In this document: piece by piece, positions 40,790 to 50,956 of the stretch
Layout of the letters: each line of letters starts with the position of its first letter
Position numbering within the stretch: the stretch's first letter is position 1
Assembly (NCBI GenBank): GCA_900771805.1
Contig: CAAGPL010000045.1
Span: 70,856 to 134,855, forward strand
Direction: 5' to 3'
Length of the DNA: 64,000 nucleotides
Source: Bacilli bacterium
GTDB lineage: Bacteria > Bacillota_I > Bacilli_A > RF39 > UBA660
Translations under genes and position numbers: made by a program
The notes under the pieces: model-generated
What the model saw: the letters and a program-made list of their open reading frames with translations, nothing else
Told to the model about the DNA's origin: nothing
Databases searched by the model: none

Positions 40790-41116
40790 ATGAAAAAAAT
40801 AAATATAGTTAAAGAAAAAAAAGATTTTGATAAAGCTTTCAAGTTAAAAAAACAAGTACATTCTAAATATTCTTATATATATATTAAGGATAATGATGTA
40901 GAAAATTATAGATTTGGAATATGTGTTTCTAAAAAATTGGGAAATGCAGTTACAAGAAATTTAATAAAACGAAGAGTAAAAGATATAATTGATAAATCTA
41001 AGTTGCATTTTGCAAATAAAGATTATATAATTGTATTAAAGAAAAGTGCGGTAAGCACCCAGTATTTAGAATTAAAGGAAGATTTAATTAGTGTTTTAAA
41101 AAAATTTGATAGATAG
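40790..41116 (+). CDS. rnpA: RNase P protein component
   Basis: 108 aa, basic; GNAVTRNLIKRR motif. Confidence 0.9.
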   Translation: MKKINIVKEKKDFDKAFKLKKQVHSKYSYIYIKDNDVENYRFGICVSKKLGNAVTRNLIKRRVKDIIDKSKLHFANKDYIIVLKKSAVSTQYLELKEDLISVLKKFDR

Positions 41117-41130
41117 GAGAAAATAGCTAG

Positions 41131-42123
41131 ATGAAAAAACTAAAGAAAATAGGGAAGGTATTGATAGTTTTTTTACTAGTTTTTTTATTAACTGGTTGCA
41201 CTAAACAATTAGTTGTTGAAAAAACAAATGATAAAGGTAAAAAAACAAAAACAGTAGTAAGATATATAGAAGGCAAAAATGCAACAGGTCAATCATTAAC
41301 TGAAAATATAATTTGTAAGCCAACTGAAAAAGAACTTATAAAGGTTTATAAAAATAATAAAGTTAATACTGATAAGTTAGTTAATTGTAAAAACTTTACA
41401 CCAAAGATAAAAGCAAATGAAGGATTATGGGATAATATTTTTATAAAACCTCTTGCTTGGGTAATATTAAAGTTAGGTTATTTAGTTAAAAACTTTGGTC
41501 TTGCTGTAATACTTGCGGGTCTTGTTATAAGATTAATTTTATATCCAGTAACAAAGAAAAGTGCAATGCAATCTGAAAATTTAAAAAAGGCACAACCAGA
41601 ATTACAAAGGCTAGAAAAAAAATATGCTAACAAAATGGATGATCAACAAGCTATGATGGCTAAGTCACAAGAAATGATGGCAATTTATAAAAAATATAAT
41701 ATATCATTATTTTCTGGATGCTTAATTGCAATTATTCAGTTACCACTATTTATTGCTTTCTTAGAAGCAATAAACAGAACTCCAGCAATATTTGAAGGTA
41801 AATTCTTAGGATTACAACTTGGAACAACACCTTGGTTTGCTTTATCTAAAGGAAACTTCTGGTATTTAATTATTCCAGTAATCGTATTTATTGCAACTTT
41901 CTTATCATTAAAACTAAACGGAACACAAGCTACAGATAATTCAAATCCAGCAGCAGGTTCTACAAAAATGATGATGAATATGATGACAGTTATAATAACT
42001 ATAAGTTCATTTCAACTATCAACAGCAATTGGTTTATATTGGATAACTTCAAGTTTATTTACTGTTATTCAAAATTTACTAGTAGCAAGGAGTGGTAATA
42101 GTGCAAAAATTAAAAAGTCATAA
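41131..42123 (+). CDS. yidC: YidC/SpoIIIJ membrane protein insertase (lipoprotein type)
   Basis: Lipobox LLTGC; conserved PLFIAF and WITSSL regions. Confidence 0.9.
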   Translation: MKKLKKIGKVLIVFLLVFLLTGCTKQLVVEKTNDKGKKTKTVVRYIEGKNATGQSLTENIICKPTEKELIKVYKNNKVNTDKLVNCKNFTPKIKANEGLWDNIFIKPLAWVILKLGYLVKNFGLAVILAGLVIRLILYPVTKKSAMQSENLKKAQPELQRLEKKYANKMDDQQAMMAKSQEMMAIYKKYNISLFSGCLIAIIQLPLFIAFLEAINRTPAIFEGKFLGLQLGTTPWFALSKGNFWYLIIPVIVFIATFLSLKLNGTQATDNSNPAAGSTKMMMNMMTVIITISSFQLSTAIGLYWITSSLFTVIQNLLVARSGNSAKIKKS

Positions 42124-42724
42124 ATATGAAGGAAAAAATAGTGAAGAAATATTAAATAAGGCTTTAAATGAACTTAATGCATCTACTGAAGAAGTATATA
42201 CAAGTATTAAAGAAGAGGCTAAAACAGGATTATTTAAGTCTAAAAAATATGAATTGACAGTTGTTTTAAAAGATGATGTAGTAGAATATATAAAATCTTA
42301 CTTAAAAGAAATAACAAATCTTATGGGAATAAGTGTTGAATTTGAAACACAAAAAAGACCAAATTATATAAAAGTTAATATGATGTCTGATAATAGTTCT
42401 ATTTTAATTGGAAAAAATGGTAGAACAATGTCTTCACTTCAAGATTTATTAAAACAATCAATTCAAAATAATTTAGGAATTAGAATAAATATTATTTTAG
42501 ATGCTAATGATTATAAAGAAAAACAAGAAAAAAACATTGAACGTTTAGCAGTTAAATTAGCTAAAGATGTTGTAAAAACTAATATAGAAGTTAAAATGGA
42601 TAGAATGAACTCTTATGAAAGAAGATTAGTTCATAACAGATTATCTAATTTTAAAGGAGTTATAACAGAAAGTACTGGCCAGGAGCCAAATAGATGTGTT
42701 GTAATTAAACCTGTGGAGAAATAG
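42092..42724 (+). CDS. jag: Jag/KhpB RNA-binding protein (KH plus R3H)
   Basis: GKNGRTMSSLQ (KH GXXG) and C-terminal SYERRLVH (R3H). The start may instead be the GTG near 42101. Confidence 0.85.
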   Translation: MVIVQKLKSHKYEGKNSEEILNKALNELNASTEEVYTSIKEEAKTGLFKSKKYELTVVLKDDVVEYIKSYLKEITNLMGISVEFETQKRPNYIKVNMMSDNSSILIGKNGRTMSSLQDLLKQSIQNNLGIRINIILDANDYKEKQEKNIERLAVKLAKDVVKTNIEVKMDRMNSYERRLVHNRLSNFKGVITESTGQEPNRCVVIKPVEK

Positions 42725-42788
42725 AAATATTTCTTCTTTTTATTTACTTATATGTTATAATACTTTTAACAAAGGGATGTGATTTAAA

Positions 42789-44132
42789 GTGAATGATACA
42801 ATAGTTGCTATATCAACAGCACTTGGAGAAGGTGCAATATCTATTATTAGAGTATCAGGAGATGATGCTATAAAAATAATTAATCCTTTATTTGATGGTA
42901 AAAATTTAGAAAAAGCATCAAGTCATACGATAAATTATGGTCATATAGTATATAATGGTGAAATTATAGATGAGGTATTATTATCAATTATGAAAGCACC
43001 TAAAACGTATACAAAAGAAGATGTAATAGAAATAAACACTCATGGCTCAATTGCAGTTGTTAATAAAATAATGGAAATATTACTTCTTGAAGGTTGCAGA
43101 TTAGCAGAACCTGGTGAATTTACTAAAAGAGCATTTTTAAATGGTAGAATAGATTTGACCGAATCAGAAGGAGTTATGGACTTAATAAATTCTGAAACAG
43201 AACTAACTAGAAAAATGGCTATTAATGAGTTATCTGGTAATGTTTCTAGGTTAATAGAAGATACAAGAGAAGATATAATAAGTTTAATATCTAATATAGA
43301 AGTAAATATAGATTATCCAGAATATGAAGATATAGAAGTAGTAACAATAAATAAAATAAGAGAAAAAGTAAGAGAAATAAAAGAAAAATTATTAAAGACA
43401 TTAAAATTATCAGAGGATGGAAAAATATTAAAAGATGGTATTAAAACGGTTATATTAGGAAAACCAAATGTAGGTAAATCAAGTCTTTTAAATGCTTTAT
43501 TAGAAGAAGAAAAAGCCATTGTAACAGATGTAAAAGGTACAACTCGTGATATAGTAGAGGGAAGTATTTTAGTAGGTGGTGTAAAACTTAATTTAATAGA
43601 TACAGCAGGTGTTAGAAAGTCTAGTGATATAGTTGAAAAAATAGGTATTGAAAAGAGTTTAAACTTAATAGATGAAGCAGAGTTAGTATTACTTATTTTG
43701 GATGCTAGTTGTCCTTTAAGTGAGGAAGATAAGTATTTGTTAGAAAAAACTAAAGATAAAAAAAGAATTATAATAATGAATAAAATAGATTTAAAGCTAA
43801 ATAATTCTTATATGGATGATGTTATAAAAATAAGTGCTAAAAATAACGAGGGAATAGAAGATATAAAAGATGCAATAAAAGAATTATTTAACGTTGGAAC
43901 ATTTATGAGCAAAAACTTAACATTTTTTACTAATGTAAGACAAATATCTTTATTAAAGTCTGCTATTAAATCATTAGAGGACGTAGAACAAGGTATTAAA
44001 GAAGAAAGAGAAATAGATATGATTGAAATAGATTTAAAATTAGTATGGGAAAAACTAGGAGATATAATAGGAGCTAATTACACGGAAGAATTAATTGATA
44101 ATTTGTTTAGTAGATTTTGTTTAGGAAAGTAA
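42789..44132 (+). CDS. mnmE: tRNA modification GTPase MnmE
   Basis: GKPNVGKSS, DTAGVR, NKIDL and C-terminal FCLGK; GTG start. Confidence 0.95.
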   Translation: MNDTIVAISTALGEGAISIIRVSGDDAIKIINPLFDGKNLEKASSHTINYGHIVYNGEIIDEVLLSIMKAPKTYTKEDVIEINTHGSIAVVNKIMEILLLEGCRLAEPGEFTKRAFLNGRIDLTESEGVMDLINSETELTRKMAINELSGNVSRLIEDTREDIISLISNIEVNIDYPEYEDIEVVTINKIREKVREIKEKLLKTLKLSEDGKILKDGIKTVILGKPNVGKSSLLNALLEEEKAIVTDVKGTTRDIVEGSILVGGVKLNLIDTAGVRKSSDIVEKIGIEKSLNLIDEAELVLLILDASCPLSEEDKYLLEKTKDKKRIIIMNKIDLKLNNSYMDDVIKISAKNNEGIEDIKDAIKELFNVGTFMSKNLTFFTNVRQISLLKSAIKSLEDVEQGIKEEREIDMIEIDLKLVWEKLGDIIGANYTEELIDNLFSRFCLGK

Positions 44133-44186
44133 ATGTGTTTTAAAAACTTGGGTTCTAACCAAGTTTTCCTAAATTGAAAATGTAAC

Positions 44187-44762
44187 CTAGATATAGGTTA
44201 CATTTTTTATTTTGGTATTACCAACTTTTTTGCATAAAAAATTATAAAATTCTTCTTTTTCTTTCTTTGTTTTGATTACATTTTTAGGAATAATTATAGC
44301 ACCTATAGAGTTTAAAAAAATATAATAGTAATTATCATTAATATCAATTTTTTCAATAGCTTTATATTTAAATATATTCTTTTTATTAGGATTTTCTTCT
44401 ATTATTTCATCACTATTAAAATTTATTGTATTGATAGTATCATAAGGTAAAGTTCCATTCTTTTTAGTATTTATAACGGTCATTTTAACAATTTTTTTTA
44501 TGTGATTTTTAAATGTAAAACCAAAAAAGCACATAAAAATAATCCATAATAGAAAATATAATATTGTACTAAAGATAATTGTTTTTAAGTTACAATCTAG
44601 GATAAATTTAAAAATACATATAAGCCAAATCATAATAGGTAGTTTAAATTTAAAAGTATAATAATTTTTTTTAAAAGATTTGTCATTATAAAATACGTAT
44701 TCATTAAAATTAATGAAATCTTTTTCACTTAAATTAAAGTTAAATGTAAACATATCTATCAC
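44187..44762 (-). CDS. Two-TM membrane protein (possibly YcxB-like), opposite strand to its neighbours
   Basis: 191-aa ORF inserted between mnmE and mnmG; the function call is weak. Confidence 0.55.
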   Translation of the reverse strand: MIDMFTFNFNLSEKDFINFNEYVFYNDKSFKKNYYTFKFKLPIMIWLICIFKFILDCNLKTIIFSTILYFLLWIIFMCFFGFTFKNHIKKIVKMTVINTKKNGTLPYDTINTINFNSDEIIEENPNKKNIFKYKAIEKIDINDNYYYIFLNSIGAIIIPKNVIKTKKEKEEFYNFLCKKVGNTKIKNVTYI

Positions 44763-44852
44763 CTAACTTAATATTATCATAATTTATATTAATATTCAAT
44801 TAACTTTTTTTTAATTATATTGTATAATACCAAAAGAAAAGCAGGTGAAAGT

Positions 44853-46667
44853 ATGAAATACGATGTTATAGTTGTTGGAGCAGGACACGCTGGATGTGAA
44901 GCAGCACTTGCGTGTGCTAGAATGAAAAAAAATACGCTTCTTATAACAATTAATATTGATAATATAGCAGATATGCCTTGTAATCCTTCTATAGGAGGTT
45001 CAGCTAAAGGTATTGTTGTAAGGGAAATTGATGCATTAGGTGGTGAAATGGGACGTAATGCAGATAAAACTCTTCTTCAAATGAAGATGCTTAACCAATC
45101 TAAAGGACCTGCTGTTAGAAGTTTAAGAAGTCAAGCTGATAAAGTAACTTACAAAAGAGAAATGTTAAAAACATTAAGAAATATAGAAAGTTTAACAATT
45201 AAAGAAGCAATAGTATCTGACCTTTTAGTAGAAAATAACAAAATTGTTGGTATAACAACTGAAGATGGAGAAACAATTTATTGTAAAGCTTGTATATTAA
45301 CTACTGGTACTTATTTAAAAGCTGATATATTAGTAGGAGATAAAAGAACTCCAGAGGGTCCACACGGAGAAAAAAGGGCTAATTTTTTAAGTGAGAATTT
45401 AAAAAAATTAGGTTTTAAGATACTTAGATTAAAAACTGGAACTCCACCTCGTATAGAAAGATCTTCAATTGATTTTAGCGTACTTAAAAGAGAAGACGGA
45501 GACGACTCTAAACTAACCTTTTCTTTTGATGATATAGCATATTACGATTATAAAAATCAGGTACCTTGCTATTTAACTTATACTAACTTAAAAACTCATA
45601 AAATAATTATGGATAACTTAAATAAATCTGCTATGTATGGTGGTTTTTATGAAAAATTAGGAACAGGTCCTAGGTACTGTCCTTCAATAGAAGATAAGGT
45701 GGTTCGTTTTAAAGATAAAGAAAGACATCAATTATTTTTGGAACCAGAAAGTATGTATTATGATGATATATATTTACAAGGTTTTTCAACTTCTATGCCG
45801 CACGACGTTCAAGAAGATATGGTTCACTCTTTAAAGGGATTAGAACACGCTAAAATATTAAGATATGCTTATGCAATAGAATATGATGCGATAGATCCAC
45901 TTCAATTAAAACCATCTTTAGAGACAAAGGTAGTAGAAAACTTATTTACTGCAGGTCAAATAAATGGTACCTCGGGGTATGAAGAGGCCGCAGGTCAAGG
46001 TATAGTAGCGGGTATTAATGCTAGTTTAAAACTAGATAATAAAGAACCACTAATTCTTTCTAGAAGTGATGCTTATATTGGTGTTTTAATAGATGACTTA
46101 GTAACAAAAGGAACTATAGAACCATATAGATTACTTACTTCTCGTGCAGAATTTAGACTTTTACTAAGAAGTGATAATGCCGATTTAAGATTAAGTGAAA
46201 AAGCTTATAAAATAGGTTTATTAAGTGAAGAAAGACATAATAAATTATTAAATAAAATAAAAGAAATAAAAGAAATAGAAGAAGATATTAAAAATATTAC
46301 TTTTCCTAAGGAAAAATGCAACTTATCAGAATATTTAAAAAGACCAGAAGTTAAAATAATAGATTATGTGGATAAATTAAATAAAAAATATAGTAAAGAA
46401 GCATTAGAACAAGTAGAAATTAATCATAAATATGAAGGTTATATTATTAAAGCTAAAAAAGAAGCTGAAAAAATGATTAAATTAGGTAAAAAACAGATAC
46501 CAGAAGATATAGATTATGAAAAAGTTGATAATTTAGCAACAGAAGCAAGACAAAAACTTGAAAAAATAAGACCAAGAACCATTGATCAGGCAACACGTAT
46601 TAGTGGTGTTAATCCATCAGATATAGCAATTTTAATGGTTTATTTAAAGAGGTTTTATAATGAATAA
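44853..46667 (+). CDS. mnmG: tRNA uridine 5-carboxymethylaminomethyl modification enzyme MnmG
   Basis: MKYDVIVVGAGHAGCEA FAD motif. ATG at 44853 with an AGGTGAAAG SD is preferred over the track's TTG start. Confidence 0.95.
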   Translation: MKYDVIVVGAGHAGCEAALACARMKKNTLLITINIDNIADMPCNPSIGGSAKGIVVREIDALGGEMGRNADKTLLQMKMLNQSKGPAVRSLRSQADKVTYKREMLKTLRNIESLTIKEAIVSDLLVENNKIVGITTEDGETIYCKACILTTGTYLKADILVGDKRTPEGPHGEKRANFLSENLKKLGFKILRLKTGTPPRIERSSIDFSVLKREDGDDSKLTFSFDDIAYYDYKNQVPCYLTYTNLKTHKIIMDNLNKSAMYGGFYEKLGTGPRYCPSIEDKVVRFKDKERHQLFLEPESMYYDDIYLQGFSTSMPHDVQEDMVHSLKGLEHAKILRYAYAIEYDAIDPLQLKPSLETKVVENLFTAGQINGTSGYEEAAGQGIVAGINASLKLDNKEPLILSRSDAYIGVLIDDLVTKGTIEPYRLLTSRAEFRLLLRSDNADLRLSEKAYKIGLLSEERHNKLLNKIKEIKEIEEDIKNITFPKEKCNLSEYLKRPEVKIIDYVDKLNKKYSKEALEQVEINHKYEGYIIKAKKEAEKMIKLGKKQIPEDIDYEKVDNLATEARQKLEKIRPRTIDQATRISGVNPSDIAILMVYLKRFYNE

Positions 46668-47361
46668 AGAAGAATTTGTAAAAGAAGTAGAAAAGTTAGG
46701 TATAAGTGTAGATGATAAAATACTTAAGAGTTTAAATACTTATTATGAAATGTTAATAGATTATAATAGTCATACAAATCTAACTAGAATAACTGATGAA
46801 GAAGAAGTATATTTAAAACATTTTTATGATAGTTTAACTCTAATTAAAGCTGTTAAATTAAATAACCAGACTCTTCTTGATGTAGGAACAGGGGCAGGAT
46901 TTCCTGGATTGGTTTTAAAAATAGTATTTCCAAACCTTAAAGTAACACTAGTTGACTCTTTAAATAAAAGAATTATATTCTTAAAAAGTGTTATAGAAAA
47001 GTTAAATTTAAAAGGTATTAATGCTATTCATGAAAGGATAGAAGACTATGCAAAAATAAATAGAGAATCCTTTGATATAGTAACTTCTCGTGCAGTAGCA
47101 TCCCTTCCTTTGTTATCAGAAATGTGCATCCCTTTAGTTTGTGAAAAAGGCTTATTTATTCCAATGAAAGCAGATGCAAAAGATGAAATAAAATCATCAA
47201 AAAATGCTATAAAAACACTAGGAGGAGTGTTAAGAGATACCATTTTATTTAAACTACCAAAGGATGCTGGAGAAAGAACTTTAATAATTATAGAAAAAAT
47301 CAATAAAACAAGTGTTAAGTATCCAAGAAAATTTAGTGAAATTAAGAAAAAGCCATTGTAA
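46660..47361 (+). CDS. rsmG: 16S rRNA G527 methyltransferase RsmG
   Basis: 233 aa; DVGTGAGFPG SAM motif. Confidence 0.93.
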   Translation: MNKEEFVKEVEKLGISVDDKILKSLNTYYEMLIDYNSHTNLTRITDEEEVYLKHFYDSLTLIKAVKLNNQTLLDVGTGAGFPGLVLKIVFPNLKVTLVDSLNKRIIFLKSVIEKLNLKGINAIHERIEDYAKINRESFDIVTSRAVASLPLLSEMCIPLVCEKGLFIPMKADAKDEIKSSKNAIKTLGGVLRDTILFKLPKDAGERTLIIIEKINKTSVKYPRKFSEIKKKPL

Positions 47362-47409
47362 TAAAGGCTTTTTTATTATATTATTATATTAAAGATAGGG
47401 GATGGCAAT

Positions 47410-48627
47410 ATGTTTAATAATGAAAATAATAATTTTAATAATAATGTACCTAATGCACCACTTTTTTCAAATGAATTTAATAATCCACAACAAAATGATA
47501 ACTATACACCTTATCCTCAACAAGATGGTTCATTAAATAATTCTTATGATAATACAATTCAAAATTCAAATGATCAAGTTGCACTTTTTTCAAATGAATT
47601 TAAACCAGTATCAAATGAATATGATAATTTATATCAAAATATACAGCCTCAAAATAATTTGAATTCTTATAGTCCACAAACACCACTTTTCTCAGAAAAT
47701 AATAGCAATATATTAAATCAAAATACAAATATGTATCAAAATAAAGAACCTATGGATATTCCCCCTCAATTAGGTGAAATTAAAAATTTAAGTGAAGCTA
47801 CAATTTCATATGCACCAACTATGGACGTTTTAGATCCAATGAATATTATGCCAGAAGAAAAAGCAGTACAAGATCCATTAGAAGCATATGATAACGGTTA
47901 TTTAAATTCTAACGCAAATGCAAATATTAATCAAAATGTAAATTCAAATATCAATACAAACATTAATCCAATTGATAATTATAATATGAATAATTTTTCT
48001 AATATGCAAATGAACTCAGATTTAAATAATAATCCAAATTTACAAAATATAAATAATAATCCTTTTTATAACCCAAATGTTTCTAACAATTTAAATTCTT
48101 CTATGTTTAGTCCTATTCAAAATGAACAAAATAACATATCAACAAATGAAAACTTCTCATCAAATATCAATTTAAGTAATAATGATATTAATAACAATAT
48201 AAATTTATCAAATTCATATGATAATAATTCAAATAATAATAACTTTTCATTAAAATCATCTGAAGAATTAAATCAAAATATTAACATGGATAAAACTATA
48301 AATAATAATGCTGAAAACACTTCATCACCATATGAAATTATTCAAAATGAAAAATTAAGTGATAATGAAAAAGATGAAACTTCATTTTTGGGATTAGATG
48401 ATGAATACAATAACGATTCATTAGATATAATGGATTTAAATGATGATAAAGAACAAGATGAAATCAAAGTAAATAATGATTCATCAGAAACTAATCAAAA
48501 TTCAAATGATGCATTAGATAGAATAAAAAAGTTAATAGAAGAGTTAAATAAAGAAGATAAAAAGATTGATGTACAAGAATTTAATTTTGATAATCTAGTT
48601 CAATTAGTAATAAAAATATATAATTAA
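47410..48627 (+). CDS. Asn/Gln-rich low-complexity protein with a short ordered C-terminal domain
   Basis: 405-aa uninterrupted ORF in an AT-rich genome; AGGGGA SD; repeated PLFSNEF/ALFSNEF/PLFSEN motifs. Confidence 0.7.
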   Translation: MFNNENNNFNNNVPNAPLFSNEFNNPQQNDNYTPYPQQDGSLNNSYDNTIQNSNDQVALFSNEFKPVSNEYDNLYQNIQPQNNLNSYSPQTPLFSENNSNILNQNTNMYQNKEPMDIPPQLGEIKNLSEATISYAPTMDVLDPMNIMPEEKAVQDPLEAYDNGYLNSNANANINQNVNSNINTNINPIDNYNMNNFSNMQMNSDLNNNPNLQNINNNPFYNPNVSNNLNSSMFSPIQNEQNNISTNENFSSNINLSNNDINNNINLSNSYDNNSNNNNFSLKSSEELNQNINMDKTINNNAENTSSPYEIIQNEKLSDNEKDETSFLGLDDEYNNDSLDIMDLNDDKEQDEIKVNNDSSETNQNSNDALDRIKKLIEELNKEDKKIDVQEFNFDNLVQLVIKIYN

Positions 48628-48676
48628 AAGACTAAATGTCTTTTTTTTGTTATAATAATTAGTGGAGGAATAAAAA

Positions 48677-49129
48677 ATGAAAATAGGTATAGCAAGTGAT
48701 CATAGAGGATTTGAAACAAAAGAAAAATTGACAAAATATTTAAAAGAAAAAGGTTATGATGTAATTGATTATGGAACATATAGCAAAGATAGGGTAGATT
48801 ATACAAAATATGGTTTTATCTTAGGTGAAAATGTTTCAAATAAAATAGTTGAATATGGTATTGCAATATGTGGTAGTGCAGTTGGCATATCAGTTGCTTG
48901 TAATAAAGTAAAAGGTATTAGATGCGGTAAGATTAATACTGAAAAAGAAGCTATTCATGCAAAAGAAAATGATTTTGTAAATATAATTGCAATATCAGGT
49001 GAAAACGATTTAGAAAATAATATTAAAATAGTAGATGCATTTTTTAATGCAAAAGAAAACTTAAGTGATCCTACATATAAATTAAGAGTAGATCAAATAA
49101 CAAGATATGAGGAAACCAATGAGTATTAA
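48677..49129 (+). CDS. rpiB: Ribose-5-phosphate isomerase B
   Basis: MKIGIASDHRGF start and CGSAVGISVACNK motif. Confidence 0.9.
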   Translation: MKIGIASDHRGFETKEKLTKYLKEKGYDVIDYGTYSKDRVDYTKYGFILGENVSNKIVEYGIAICGSAVGISVACNKVKGIRCGKINTEKEAIHAKENDFVNIIAISGENDLENNIKIVDAFFNAKENLSDPTYKLRVDQITRYEETNEY

Positions 49130-49316
49130 GGTTATTTTATATTGTATATCAATACCTTTTTGTATTTGGATTATAACATCAACTAATATTGATAGAGTAT
49201 TTAAAAAAAATAGTATAATGCAAATACATTCTTTTTATCTAATATTATCATTAATAATGTCTTATTTACTAGTGAATTTTTTAATGGATATTTATAATAC
49301 ACTTAGTTTTCTTTAA
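49107..49316 (+). CDS. DUF1146 (YwzB-like) small membrane protein
   Basis: 69 aa with two TM helices; lies upstream of spoIID as ywzB does in Bacillus. Confidence 0.55.
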   Translation: MRKPMSIKVILYCISIPFCIWIITSTNIDRVFKKNSIMQIHSFYLILSLIMSYLLVNFLMDIYNTLSFL

Positions 49317-49325
49317 GGAGAAAAT

Positions 49326-50249
49326 ATGAAAAAAATTTTACTATTAACATTATCAATAATATTAATTCCATTATTTATAATAGGTTTAACTAATAAAAAT
49401 AGTATATTAACTAAAATAAAGTATGGATTTTATATTAATAATACAATCAAGGTAAAAATAACAAAAACAAATGAAATAGTAAGTATTCCTATAGAAGATT
49501 ATGTTATTGGAGTAGTAGCAGGAGAAGTTCCTGCTTCATTTGATTTAGAAGCCTTAAAAGCACAAGCTGTAGCATCTAGAACTTATGCCTTAGAACATAA
49601 ACAAAGAAGTAAAACAAATTATGATGTAACAGATAATACACAAAATCAAGTTTATATAAATTTGGAAGATATGAAAAACAAATGGAAAAATAATTATGAT
49701 TCAAACTTAAATAAGATAATAAATGCAGTTAATTTAACTAAGGGAGAAGTAATTCTTTATGACAATAACTTAATAGATGCTATGTTTTTTTCAACTAGTA
49801 ATGGTTATACAGAAAATAGTGAAAATGTTTTTTCTTCAAAAAAACCATATTTAATTAGTGTGCCATCCCCTTGGGATAAACAAGAATCTCCAGTTTTTAA
49901 AACAACATCATCAATTTCAAAAAAAGAATTTTTATTTAATTTAGGATTATCAGATAATGATAAAATAAATATAACAGATATAAAAACCACTAATACAAAA
50001 AGAGTAATTAGTTTAAATATAAACGGTAAAAATTTTAAAGGGAGTGAAATAAAAGCTATTTTTAAATTAAGATCAACTAGTTTTACTATAGAAATAAAAG
50101 AAGATAAAGTAAACTTTATAGTAAATGGTTTTGGTCATGGGGTTGGAATGAGTCAATATGGTGCAAATGGAATGGCAAAAGAAGGATATAGCTATAAGGA
50201 TATTTTAAAACATTATTATAAAAATTGTGAAATAAAAAAAATAAATTAA
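49326..50249 (+). CDS. spoIID: Stage II sporulation protein D (lytic transglycosylase)
   Basis: VVAGEVPASF..EALKAQAVASRTYAL and GHGVGMSQYGA motifs. Confidence 0.88.
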   Translation: MKKILLLTLSIILIPLFIIGLTNKNSILTKIKYGFYINNTIKVKITKTNEIVSIPIEDYVIGVVAGEVPASFDLEALKAQAVASRTYALEHKQRSKTNYDVTDNTQNQVYINLEDMKNKWKNNYDSNLNKIINAVNLTKGEVILYDNNLIDAMFFSTSNGYTENSENVFSSKKPYLISVPSPWDKQESPVFKTTSSISKKEFLFNLGLSDNDKINITDIKTTNTKRVISLNINGKNFKGSEIKAIFKLRSTSFTIEIKEDKVNFIVNGFGHGVGMSQYGANGMAKEGYSYKDILKHYYKNCEIKKIN

Positions 50250-50300
50250 TGTATATTTTTTTCATCTTTTGTTCAAACTTAAAATGAGAGGTGATAAAAA

Positions 50301-50942
50301 ATGAAAAAAAGAAAATTAAAACCATTTGTAAAAATATCTGTTTTAGGAGTTACTTTATTTGTTTTTGTATTATCAGTTTTACTGTTAACTAATAATAAAA
50401 GTAAGCAAGTTATGAAAGAAGATAGTTCGTTTACTTATGTAAATGATTATATTTTTGATAATTATTATCCTGTAATTAATACAGAAGAAAAAATAGTAAA
50501 ACCATATAATAGTGAAAATGTAAGTTTATATAAGAACTTTTATGATAAAGATGCAACTGTAGAAGAACAAAAAAAATCTATAATTTATTATGAGGGAATT
50601 TATATGCAAAATTCAGGAGTAGATTATAAATCTGATGAAACATTTGATGTAGTAGCATCTGTATCAGGAACAGTAACTAATATTACAGAAGATACTTTGT
50701 TAGGAAAAACAATAGAAATTAAAAATTCAAATGAAATAACAACTATGTATCAATCTTTAGGAGAAGTAATAGTAAAAAAAGGTGATACAGTAACACAAGG
50801 ACAGGTAATAGCAAAAAGTGGTGCTTGTGTCTTAAACAGTGATATTAAACAAGGTTTGCACTTTGAAATGTATAAAAATGGTACCGTAATCAATCCAGAA
50901 AAAAGTTATGATAAAAATTTAAAAGATATAATAAATAACTAA
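50301..50942 (+). CDS. Membrane-anchored LytM/M23-domain protein with a degenerate metal site (SpoIIQ-like)
   Basis: N-terminal TM helix. The M23 fold ends GLHFEMYKNGTVINP. The usual HxxxD His is replaced (NSGVDY), as is the first His of HLH (GLH). Confidence 0.65.
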   Translation: MKKRKLKPFVKISVLGVTLFVFVLSVLLLTNNKSKQVMKEDSSFTYVNDYIFDNYYPVINTEEKIVKPYNSENVSLYKNFYDKDATVEEQKKSIIYYEGIYMQNSGVDYKSDETFDVVASVSGTVTNITEDTLLGKTIEIKNSNEITTMYQSLGEVIVKKGDTVTQGQVIAKSGACVLNSDIKQGLHFEMYKNGTVINPEKSYDKNLKDIINN

Positions 50943-50956
50943 TAAGAAGTATAAAA

